DNA of 63,998 bases, the filler included, from Hyphochytrium catenoides (lineage: Eukaryota; Protista; Hyphochytriomycota), in assembly GCA_900088475.1 (NCBI GenBank). It is 7 parts of 7 records of this genome, joined end to end, with 100 filler letters (N's around TTAATTAATTAA, not from the genome) between each part and the next. Parts side by side here need not be neighbours in the genome. Positions count along the whole stretch, not along the records: positions 14,052 to 45,255 come from FLMG01003842.1; 6 more parts are not named here. One strand, 5' to 3'. Below are positions 25,295-35,519 of this stretch, one piece after another. A model generated the notes under the pieces. It was not told the DNA's origin and made no database searches. It saw only the letters and a program-made list of their open reading frames with translations. The stretch's first letter is position 1. Every line of letters starts with the position of its first letter. A program made the position numbers and the translations under genes.

Positions 25295-25567
25295 CCCGCC
25301 CTCCGTAGCAGTACACTTATGTCAACTAAGGGGGAGCAGGCAGGCTGCTGACGAGTCGCAATGCTTCCCTTAGAACTCCAGTGGCGCGTGGTCTCCTTAT
25401 TAGGCAATGACGCTCCAGCGCCGTTGTCGCCACCCGCCCTCCAAAGCAGTCCACTTATGTCAACTAAGGGGGAGCAGGCAGGCTGCTGATGAGTCGCAAT
25501 GCTTCCCTTAGAACTCCAGTGGCGTGTGGTCTCCTTATTAGGCAATGACGCTCCAGCGCCGTTGTCG
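25295..25567. repeat. Tandem duplication, period 138 bp, two near-identical copies
   Basis: 25295-25429 and 25433-25567 (cccgccctcc...cacttatgtcaactaagggggagcaggcaggctgctga...gcgccgttgtcg) differ at about 5 positions. Confidence 0.95.
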
Positions 25568-28500
25568 AACTATCTCTCAGCGCGCTGATGATGGAGCGGA
25601 GTCTATCAGCGAAGAGCACCAATCTTCCGCCGGTGGACGGCGGGCGGCGATGGCGGCAACCTTTGAGGTGAATGGCACACGCGGGGGAGCTCTGAGGAGC
25701 TTGATGGGTCCGATTTGAAGGGCTTTTGGATTCATATCCTCCCGATTATAGTTCTCTGCAGCACGAACGTGCAGTGGCTGTGGGTTATTCCTTTCGGTAT
25801 GTCGCCGAATATCCGATTCTTACCTGATAAAATGGAGGAGACAAGAATCTGCATTCCAGGTCATGAATTCTACCAATTCTGAAGCTTTTATCGGGATGTG
25901 GAGCCGAGAAGATGAAGACGTAGGCTCTGTCTGGAGTCTCCAGACCAGGACCATGGCCTGCCTGTATGGTGATAGCTGACCGCGCTACCGCTTCTGGCAG
26001 AGTAAACCAGACCTCTGTCGTCTGTCCTCTATAGCAATGTGATTCTAGGTCATAGAAGGCCACTTCGCGATCAGAACTTGACTCTGCTGGACGCTCATGC
26101 TTCCCATAACATAGTCTGGAAATGACCATTAACTTTAGAACGCCGGCGCTTGAGAAGACCTGGGGCGCTTGTGTAGGAGCTACAGCACAGAGATCAAGAC
26201 AAAAACCTCGCCCATAGTCGTCTCACTTTGTACCTGGCGCTTGGTATGACCATGGAAGGACCATTGAGAACTCTTCGCAGGAGAGACGGAGCCTCTGTGC
26301 TGCTTCTGCTCCTATACGCCGCCTGGGCTTTCGGCGGTTCGTCCAGCTTCAATTGCACATGTGAATATTTTTAAAATAACATCTACTCTGTTATTCTTCA
26401 ATTCGCTCGTCTTGCCTTGCTTTACACAGAGTTCTATGTTCTTCTCTACATCTTAGCGTTTCATATGCTCTGTGCTTCTCTCTTTGTATTATCTCCCAGC
26501 TGCTTTGCTAGATCGCATCTCAGTCTCTGTCAGCCATGATATCGGCCTTCAGCTGACGGGAACGTTCGGCCTTTAGTGTGGAACGTTTTTGCGTCATCCC
26601 TGATGTTTTGTGCAGCGCTCTCTATAGCTCTCTGCCTTTCTCTCTCCTCCTTTCTCGCGCTCATCTCCTCTCTACCTCTGTTGCTTACCTACTCCTTTGC
26701 TTATGGAACCTAATTAGACTGACTTCTCTTGGCATCATTGCCCCTACACATCCTCATCTCAGCGTCAGTGAGTCTTTACTTCCACTATTTCTCCCCTAGA
26801 CCTGTGATAGCTTGTCTATGCCTTTTCGTCAACTTCACGCGTCCTGTCATGGCTTTCTTACGCTCTTGCACTCTCTTTCTCCCTCTTGTTCTCTTCGCCT
26901 CTCTTCCTCAAGGTCTGCGCGCTGATAGCTTTCGCGGTCTATTGCTTGCTGCTGAGCTCATTGTAGAATCACTGCCAGACGTGACGGGTCCCAAATGGAC
27001 TGCCGGAGCGGAACGAAAGTGGAACGCTGGACGTTTGCGGGTACTCTCAAAATTCAGCGTTGCAGTCTCTGTTGGCTTTGTGAGTCGCGTGCAAATCTGG
27101 GAAGGAGGACTGAGGAATAAGGCAGTTGGAGAAGCACGATTAGACAGAGAGCATATACGGACTAGCACCTACAACGTATAGCCTTGAGTCTCAGAAGGTC
27201 CTCTGTAATATGTAGGCCGTAGGGCCACTCTAATAAGCGAGGGCTTGAGGGGAGAAGAGGCAGAAGTAGTCTAACCCTTTGAACAGCACGGGAGCCTGGG
27301 AGTAGGTCTCTGAACGTTTATCGGGTTCGCTAACCTTTTGGCCTTTGGACAGCTAATTGGTCTCTTCTTTTGGGTGCCGCTGGACCGACTGGCCAAGGGT
27401 GCATTGCATACGCCTGAGACAGATGTGGCAGGAGCGCTGCAGGTCAACTTCCCGCCCTTTCACAAATAGAAAGGGCCTCACTTTCCATCTGTACTTCTTC
27501 TGGTTCATTAGGTCTCCTCCACCACATTGCCAGTCCCCTCTTCTCTACCTCATCAATCTTGTCTTACTGCTGCGTGTGTCCCTCTTCTACTACCTCCGCT
27601 AGGTGGGGACGCTGGGCGTCCTGGTGGCCATCTTTGTGGACTTAGCACGAGGCAGAAGGTTCACGCCACGGGGTGAGGATGTGGGTTAGGCAGCATAAAA
27701 GTATCTTAAGAAGGCTTGAGGAAGGGCTTTTCGTCTCACATTGCCATCTCATCATTGTTCTTCTTCTTCTATCGCCATCCTCCTCCTTTAGGTAGCAGGT
27801 TAGATGCAGGAAGAGGTGGTCCCTGCGTGCCCTACAAGTCACTGGAGAGCCTCCAGGTAAGTCGAGGACGTCTGATGACCAGGGTAGGTGAAAGATGATG
27901 AAGCAGGGTTATTTGAGAGGTCAACCCAGCCGTGCCCTCTATCTTCCACGCAAACTAACTCTTTTCTGTCCGCAGGCTCTGCTCAGACATGTTTCGGCGC
28001 TAGAGGCTAGTGTCGTTCCTTTGTGCTTGCTTCTCCTTCGAGTGTTTGGTCTAATGGTTCTTGAACCCGCTGTCGCCCTTTTGATATATTCCCGTCTCGC
28101 AAAGCGGTAACATATCCTCTGTGTGATGGCCATACACCCTCAGCACATAAACTATAACTTCCTCTCCTCAAAATTAATTCCTCCTCAGTTTCTCCTCTCC
28201 GTCTCTCGTTCGCTCCCTCTCTTCGTCTCTTCTCTCTCTTTTCCTCTTATCTTCTCTCTCTCTTTCTTCCTCTTTCACTCTCTCTTCTCCCCTTCAGCAG
28301 CTTTTCTTTCTGCAGCAGGATCTTGCCCTCTCTTCCTCTCTCTGTCTAACCCTGTCGTCTTTATGGTGTCCCTCCTCTCCCTTCTATTCCATACTCACTG
28401 CCCTGGAACACTAATAAAAACCTCGCCTTCGTAGAATTTGGACCATTCTGCTGAGGACGGGCCGTATCCTTCTCCAAGGTGTGCCTTTAGAGGCAGGACA

Positions 28501-29744
28501 CGCCCTGGACAACCAGCTGCAGAAGGTTATCAATAGCTTCTCTTCCTCCTACCTCTCTCCTTCGATAGGCCCCAACCTTTGTCGTTCTCTCCCTTGCCTG
28601 TTAGGTGGTGTTGAGGTTGCTCCTTCGAAGCAACAATTGCCTTCGCATCTCTTGTTACTCCTTCTCCCCTGCTCCTCATATGACTGACCTTGTTCGACTT
28701 AGATTTGGACGCTTGAAGGTGTGCTTGAGGTGCGCAGAGGTCAGTTCTGGTCACTGGACGAAGGGCATCTAGTTGGCGATGTGGTCGTAAGAGTGAAGGC
28801 GGATGCTAATGAGCAGGTATACAAGGGACAGGGAAGGGTCTCTGCTAAGTGCAAGAGCCTATCGCTTTCCTTTCCCTGTCTAGCCTGCCGAAAACGTCCT
28901 GTCTCTCCGTCCTCTCATTAGCTAGGTCACGTCATTGCTTCTTTGATCGGGCCTTTCCTCGAATCCTTTCAGTTTCTTGGGTGTAGTCCCTAACAGTTGC
29001 TCAATCTCTCCTGTCCCGATTTCCTCTCTTTATTAGTCGATTCTGTCTCATGTGGAAAGGATACTCTGCGACACTGTGCAGCACCTCACAGTGCAGATAG
29101 AGAAGGACCCCAGCATGGAGTGGATGACCTCCCACACCTCACTCAAGCACTCTCGCTTTCCAGCCCCTGGCCAGAAGCACTAGAGGCTCTTCATCTCTGT
29201 TCGACTTGGAGTTGACGCTAGGGAATGCATTGGAGGAGAGGAAAGACAAGAGGGAAGGAGGGGTAGGCGGTCATGATGCCATTGCCATATTAAAAGGGAA
29301 GAGGTCAAAGCACGAAGTATAAGTCAGAGGCAAAGAAAGAGGAGAGGTGATGAGGAACAGATGAGGCGATAACATGGCCTAAGCCTTTCTCCTGCTTATT
29401 CAAGCTCAATAATGTTGGCTAATATGTTAGGCCTTTAAGTCCCTCGTTTCCTTTTACCTCGCCGGCTCAAACCGATGACTCCTTTCCGATGCAGATCCCA
29501 GCGTCATGCTCCGTTGATAATCCGCTTACCTATGAGGACCTATTGCCTATAAATGTGACGTCTGACAACTGAGAGCCTCCAGGCTGCTTGGTGACGGGAT
29601 GACCTTGACGGCTGCCCAACAAGCTCTTCATCGATAGACACCGTCGAATTACCCTAGCCGTATGAATTGACACTCTCCCCGTCTTCCGACGGGAGCTCCT
29701 TCAGGCACTCCGACAAAGATATAGATGAGGGGAAAAGGTTGCCG

Positions 29745-30450
29745 CTGCTGGAGTAAAGAATGTGACAGAGAAAGTTCTGACGAAGCGCGACAACCCTTTG
29801 ATGACATTCGAGGAGAGCATCCATCGTCTGCGCGTAGATATCTGCGCCAAGATCTTGGCAGCCGAATACTGAGGCGCACCGACCAAGATCTGTAGGTTGG
29901 TAGGTAAGGCTAAAGAGAATTTGATCTCTTCAAGTCCATCCCCGCTTCTACAAAGGCCTTGAGCCACATAGCGTCGTAGAGATTCTTCATGCTTGCGGTC
30001 AAAGGTAGACTGGATGGCTCAAAAGGGGATATTGCTTAACTTCCTGTGTCTGGCCGCAAAGGTGTTGAACCAGAAGCGTTCTTGGCCACACTGCGCTTCT
30101 TTCTTTAGTCGTAAGTGTCATCTCTGTCTCTCCACAGCTTCACGAATACGCTTTAGCATTCGCCATTGCCTGGTCCTATGGCAGTAAGGAAAGGGGTAAG
30201 AGTCCAACGTCACAGTCTCGCTGGGCTCAAATATGTGCACCCCGGGCGGCAGCGCTCTGTCCTGCAAGGATATGGTTTTCAAAGGTTCAGGCGTGGAGCG
30301 GGCATTCTGGCCACCAAAGTGGAAGACTGTCCATTCGTCATAGTTCCTGGTGCCCTGGCCTGCATGTGTGTGCCGGTGTAGTAGAGGATGCTCTCAGTTC
30401 TGTCCAGCCTCTGTAAGGATTCGTCTCATTGTAGCTGAAGATCCCTTGCT
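29745..30450 (-). pseudogene. Pseudogene of a pectinacetylesterase/Notum-family hydrolase, paralogue of 33039-34511
   Basis: Minus-strand fragments in collinear order, with stops and frameshifts: QGIFSYNETNPYRGWT, ILAGQSAAARGAHI*A (intact gene VLSGQSAGALGAHFWA), TVTLDSYPFP, QCGQERFWFNTFAARHRKLSNIPF*AIQSTFD, KNLYDAM, ADIYAQT...QNFLCHILYSS. Confidence 0.88.
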
Positions 30451-31068
30451 CGGTTCTATAAATGAGGGTCTACGAAGCAGCAGCCAGGGAGAAGACCCTT
30501 TTCAGGAGTCCCCTGGAGCCGCTACGGCGTGGTGGTCGTCCCTGTGCAAACGGCTTGTGGGCCCTGAACCCATGTAAGCCCTCTCTCCTTAACGGCTAAG
30601 CTTCAGCCTAGTAGTCGATAGGGAAACGCTTTCTTTATTCACAACTATTTCTTGATGGAGATCCGTGGAGCAGGACGTGGTCGAGACTGATGAAGCGCCT
30701 GCGTGCTTTTCACCAGTCAGTTCTTTCTTTTCTGGAGACTGATAGACACCATGTTCTTCTCCTTCTTCCACTGCCCAGCGGCCAGAGTTAGTGAGTATGT
30801 TAGATAAGATGTTCTCGCTCTCTAACAGATGATAGAGGATGAACGTTAAAGACTGCAAAGAAGACTTCTCTGATATTGTCTAATTTTCCTCTCTTTCTTC
30901 CTGTTCATTTTCTTTCCCTCGTTCTCTTTGTTCTTCCTTCTGTACTATCAATTAACATGTGGTGAGACCAGGAAGGAAAGAGAAGAGGAGGAAAGGGAAA
31001 GAGAAGAGAGACCCAGTGGACACAGCAAGAAGAGAGAGAGAGAGAGAGNNNNNNNNNNNNNNNNNNNN

Positions 31069-31104
<36 letters not shown>

Positions 31105-31274
31105 AGGAAAGTAAGAGCTGAGGGGAAGAGAGGTTTGCATTTTTGAGTACATGTGCGGCAGCATCAGCAGGTCTGGACGGCAGGGAGGGAGGCTAGGTGA
31201 CGCCAGAGTCTCTTCACCGTTGTTACCCCGTACCAAGGTCCCACTGAGGCGTCAGACTGTCCGTTGTGGTTCTC

Positions 31275-32320
31275 TGTAACATTTCCTTCTTTTCATCGAG
31301 CCAAAGGTCACGTCCGTTATCAGGAGTGGTAGTCCACACTTGGTTGGTACTCTTGATAACATTCTTTTGCATGTTTCTTTAGCTGATCGTAGGAGTCTAG
31401 ATCTTGCATGTTCTACATAGCGATGGGATGTGCGACTGCCCGCGCTCTCCGCGCACTAAGCCTCATCTCACTTCGCATTGTCCAGACGATCTGTACTTCA
31501 GTTCATTGCGCTAGAGTGTTCTTCTTTGCAAGGCTTCCTCTGTGCCTACCAGTAGCGTACGAGAGAGAGAGAGAGAGAGCCGAGTCTCCTCGGGAAGCGA
31601 TCCGAGAGGCTCTAAACGCTACAGTGGTAGCTGAGTCCCTAGCGTAGATTGCTGAGTGATGAAGGGAAGTCGTGTAGCACTAGTCTGGTGATGAAGACAC
31701 GTGGATGCAGAAGGAAAGGGAGATAGCCCAACGCAGCAGCCAGATACGGACTTCATCATACGAACGGGTGGAGCCAGAAGAGACCTGAAGACTCACACGC
31801 ACAGGAAAAGATGGTAGATGACGAAGAGACAAAGCGCGAAGTGGTGTCTGGCGAAACCGGTGAACGGCCAATGACTGTGGCTGAAGGACGCGAGTTGCGT
31901 CAGGAGATAGGAAAGCTTCTTGAGGGAGTTGCTTGGTTGGACGATTAGGCAGAGGAACGAGTGCCGACGACCCTAGTAGTGAATCTCGACCCAGCATTCA
32001 ACGACCAGCGACGCGCTACGGTGGCCAGGAGGAGGAGCGATAGCTCGGAGGCGAGGCCGTCAAAACCACTCTTCTACCGAGGGAAAGATCTAAGGAACCC
32101 CACGGGATTGGACACTTGGCTCATGAAGATTGAGCAGTACGTTTTTGAAGACTCTGACCCAGCGAAGATCAGGACAGCCACCTCCTTTCTTACGGAGCGA
32201 GAATGCCGCGGAATGGTGGCTAGCCAAGAGTAGCGAACTGAAGGGGCTAGGATTCGGTTCTCCTTTCTACGCTTATGACTGGGAGGAATTCAAGAGCATG
32301 ATGACCGAAGAGTCTCTTTG
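31275..32320 (+). mobile_element. Ty3/Gypsy LTR retrotransposon remnant: candidate 5' LTR (31275-31623), primer-binding site (31625-31635), frameshifted gag fragment
   Basis: Gag-like peptide KPLFYRGKDLRNPTGLDTWLMKIEQYVF...KIRTATSFLT / ENAAEWW...DWEEFKSMM at ~32060-32310, with a frameshift near 32200. The candidate LTR starts TGTAAC and ends GCTACA, followed by gTGGTAGCTGAG, close to the tRNA-iMet PBS TGGTAGCAGAG. No pol or 3' LTR was recognised. Confidence 0.75.
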
Positions 32321-33038
32321 GTGTGAAGAACAGAAAAGATGATCTCATTCGCGACCGACTTGCCAAGTTATCATGCTTGGTAGTTCCATTGTCGCCAACC
32401 TTCTTCTCTTAACGCTGGAAGCCAGAGGCTGAGAATCCTCAGCATCATACGCTTGGGCTTTCATGTCCTACTACTAGAGGTGATCACTGCTATCTATGGC
32501 CGTCAGTCGGCGATCACCCGACTCCTCCATTCTCCTCATGCTGCGGTTGCCTCTTTACCTCCTGCTACTTCTTCATGTCAACTACTCTGCTGCAAGCAAT
32601 AGCGTCCACGGACCAACCGCTTTCCAATAAAAGATAGCGGAGGGGTCGTGATGATGGGAAGGAAAAAGAAGCCGAAATAATAAAGTCTAGTCATTCTTTA
32701 GATAAAATTGGCTGAAGAGGAGAAGTCTCCTACTCAGTGCTGCTCTCGGAAGGGCAGACAGATTGTTGACTCTGATGCTAAAAAGAAAACGAAAGAGATG
32801 GAGATTATTGTTCCTGGGCTGGCCACTAGTCGCAGGCCGCAGCTAGACGGACGGAATAGAGTGAATGCACGCCATCTTGGGAAAGAGATGTGGCGAGTAA
32901 GAGAGGAAAAGAAGAGAGGTGTCTGCCAGACGGAGGATACATACGAGGGAAGATGGTTAATGAAGGACATCGCAGAGAAGTGATGGAGAAGGTTTAACCA
33001 TGAGAGTCAAAAGTACCCGAGCCACACAGATATGGACC

Positions 33039-34511
33039 TTACCCTGAGAGCAAACCAACCACGCTGCCAACCAGGCCGAGGTCAGACTCTGCATTGACCG
33101 TCAGCGAAAGTGCAGCTTTGTTTCCGGGCTGAGTAAAGTTTACGGCCCAGGCAGCCTGGCACGTAAACTGCTGGTCAGCCTCACACTGGGAACCGGCTGA
33201 CGTTCCCGGAGCCAGAGGAAACTGTTTCAAATACGCTGAAAGCGATGGCTTGGCTGGATCCGAGGCCATTGCCACAGAACCAAAGTCTGGCTGGACCAAG
33301 AAGACATGGCGAGTGGAGTTTAGGACATAGGAGAGGAAGTTCCCGCTAGTCTGGACGAAGTAGTTGTGGATGACAGCTGTCTGGCGGTAGAAGTCGGCGT
33401 CCGAGATTGGTCCGGTCGGGAACTCCGGAGCTGTCTGCACCTCCGCAGGGATGTCCAGCGGCCCGTTGGGCACTGCACCGATGGCGGCCATATACCCCAA
33501 AGCATTGTAGAAGTTCTTCTGGGTCGCGTCCAACTTTGAGTGCACAGCGATGAAAGGGACAGAGCTATGCTTGCTGTGGACTCGAGCTGCAAAAGTGTTA
33601 AACCAGAGTCTGCCGGCGTTGCACTGCTCTAGCTCTCCAGCGGTCAAAGAACCAATCCGGTCCAAGGTCTGACAGGCTCCTATTTGCTTTAACGCTATTC
33701 CTTGGTTGCCAGGCATGACAGGCAGCGCATACGAGTCGAGGACGACTGCCTTTTGGATGTTTGGATTTGCATAGCGGGAAAGAACAAAATCAGCCCAGAA
33801 GTGCGCTCCTAGAGCACCAGCGCTCTGTCCTGACAGGACAAGCTTGGCGGGAGCTGGGAAGTTGAGAATGGTCCAGGAGAGAGACGCAAGGGCATTGTAA
33901 AAGCCAGATTGGTACGCTTCGTCCGTCACGGTGGTCGCGTTGGTGGTGGTGTCCATTGAAATGTATCGACGAGTTACGTTGCCTATGTACATATCGCAAG
34001 AGCACTGCAGGATTGAGATCTTGGTCCAGGCCGCGTAAGGATTGGCCTGATCTTGGTCGTCGAAGATGCCCAATGGCCGCTCGGGGACGGCTTGCGTCGT
34101 GCACATCACAGCTTTTGGCGGGGCATTTCTGCTGCAGGTTCCAGGCACATTTGGCAACTGGTCCACGAAGCAGGAGCCGCCGGCCTGGAAGTCGATGAGT
34201 AGATTTTGGCTGGCGGATCCCTTGCCTGGATAGTAGACAAAGGCAAATGGCTGTCCGTAGATGCAGCGCGTCTCTCCACCAGGATAGATGAGGGCAGGAC
34301 TGGTCGAACTCAGGCTCTTGGCGCTACAAGTACTCCTTGAACCGATAGAGCAGCTAGGAAGGCTAGTCCCGGCTGTCTGTGCCCGCCGCAGATGGTTGTC
34401 GGTGGAGGAGAAAGCCAGTGAAGGCTCTATCAGGACGAGGCCTGCAAGGAGGCAGAGCAACAGCAGAGGCCTCTTGTGTTGGGAGAGGCGCGTCCTGACG
34501 TGCTGTGCCAT
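33039..34511 (-). CDS. Secreted pectinacetylesterase/Notum-family alpha/beta hydrolase (CE13-like), intronless
   Basis: 490-aa ORF with a signal peptide. Motifs IYPGGETRC, LLIDFQAGGSCF, GIFDDQDQANPYAAW, CSCDMYIGN, nucleophile elbow LSGQSAGALG, and candidate catalytic Asp (KLDATQ) and His (TRHVF). Confidence 0.88.
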   Translation of the reverse strand: MAQHVRTRLSQHKRPLLLLCLLAGLVLIEPSLAFSSTDNHLRRAQTAGTSLPSCSIGSRSTCSAKSLSSTSPALIYPGGETRCIYGQPFAFVYYPGKGSASQNLLIDFQAGGSCFVDQLPNVPGTCSRNAPPKAVMCTTQAVPERPLGIFDDQDQANPYAAWTKISILQCSCDMYIGNVTRRYISMDTTTNATTVTDEAYQSGFYNALASLSWTILNFPAPAKLVLSGQSAGALGAHFWADFVLSRYANPNIQKAVVLDSYALPVMPGNQGIALKQIGACQTLDRIGSLTAGELEQCNAGRLWFNTFAARVHSKHSSVPFIAVHSKLDATQKNFYNALGYMAAIGAVPNGPLDIPAEVQTAPEFPTGPISDADFYRQTAVIHNYFVQTSGNFLSYVLNSTRHVFLVQPDFGSVAMASDPAKPSLSAYLKQFPLAPGTSAGSQCEADQQFTCQAAWAVNFTQPGNKAALSLTVNAESDLGLVGSVVGLLSG

Positions 34512-35485
34512 TGCTAGAAAGAGGTGAGGAGAAGAGCGGCAAGAAGCTTCCTCTTCTCAGTGTGAAGAAGTTGAGCTCAGGACACCTGGGCGGCGTGGTG
34601 GCTTGCTCAGCTGGTGGGAAGTAAGAGACTGAGCAAGACAAGTTTGAAAGATACGAAGGAGTCTCCTCGGTGGCGGACATCAGCTGGAGCACAGCAGCCA
34701 GAGGAAGGAAGAGAGGTGAAAGGCACGACTTCCTCATCGCATTCTCCTCTGACTCCTGACACTCCTTTATATTAGAAACAAGGAGTAGGAAGACACTAGA
34801 GGGAGGGAATAAGAGGTGACGCAGCAGCATGCAAGAGGCAGGGAGACTGAAGAGATGGGAGAGTGCATGACGAGAATCGCAAGAGAAGAGGAAGAGTCTG
34901 CCTGTTCCTTTTGGGATCAGTTGAAGAAGTGCACGCAGCCATCATCCGGCCGCAGCTTCTGTCCTCAAGAAGGGCAGGCGCGTCAGCTTGCTGATGGCTT
35001 GAGCCAATGGCTCGACTCTAACCACGACGGACGCTTCCTCTTCCCTCTTGTCTATCTCCCCACCGCCGCCAACAGCCCTTTGACCCTTCAGTCCTGGTCA
35101 GCAGGAAGGGCTGCCTGGCCCGTCACTATGAGCACGCTGCCATGCATCCTTAGCTTCTCCGGAGCAGGACATCTTCCTGGCTAGAGGAGGAAGGGAAGTC
35201 CAAGCCCACGAGGCACGGGTCCGTGGTCTCTAAGTAATTGTTAGGCCTTTTGGCCCCGCCCGTGAGGGCCGAAAATTCTTCACCTTCTTACCCTGGTCAT
35301 AGATCCGGTGGCGTATTATTTACGATATAGAAGGGAGTAGGTATGGGTTTATCAGATAGATCGATGTATTATTACTGCGGCGCATCTCTGCTGTCTGAAC
35401 ACTTGAACCTTGACAAGGGGGCCGGGGGGGGTTCTGATGGCCATCTCAGGAGGAGAGAGAGANNNNNNNNNNNNNNNNNNNNNNN

Positions 35486-35519
<34 letters not shown>

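Noticed and set aside
25295-25567. CRISPR-like array
   Set aside because: Only two long adjacent copies, no unique spacers, no cas genes, eukaryotic context.
25785-26129. 114-aa minus-strand ORF
   Set aside because: No recognisable motif, and it lies within degenerate sequence.
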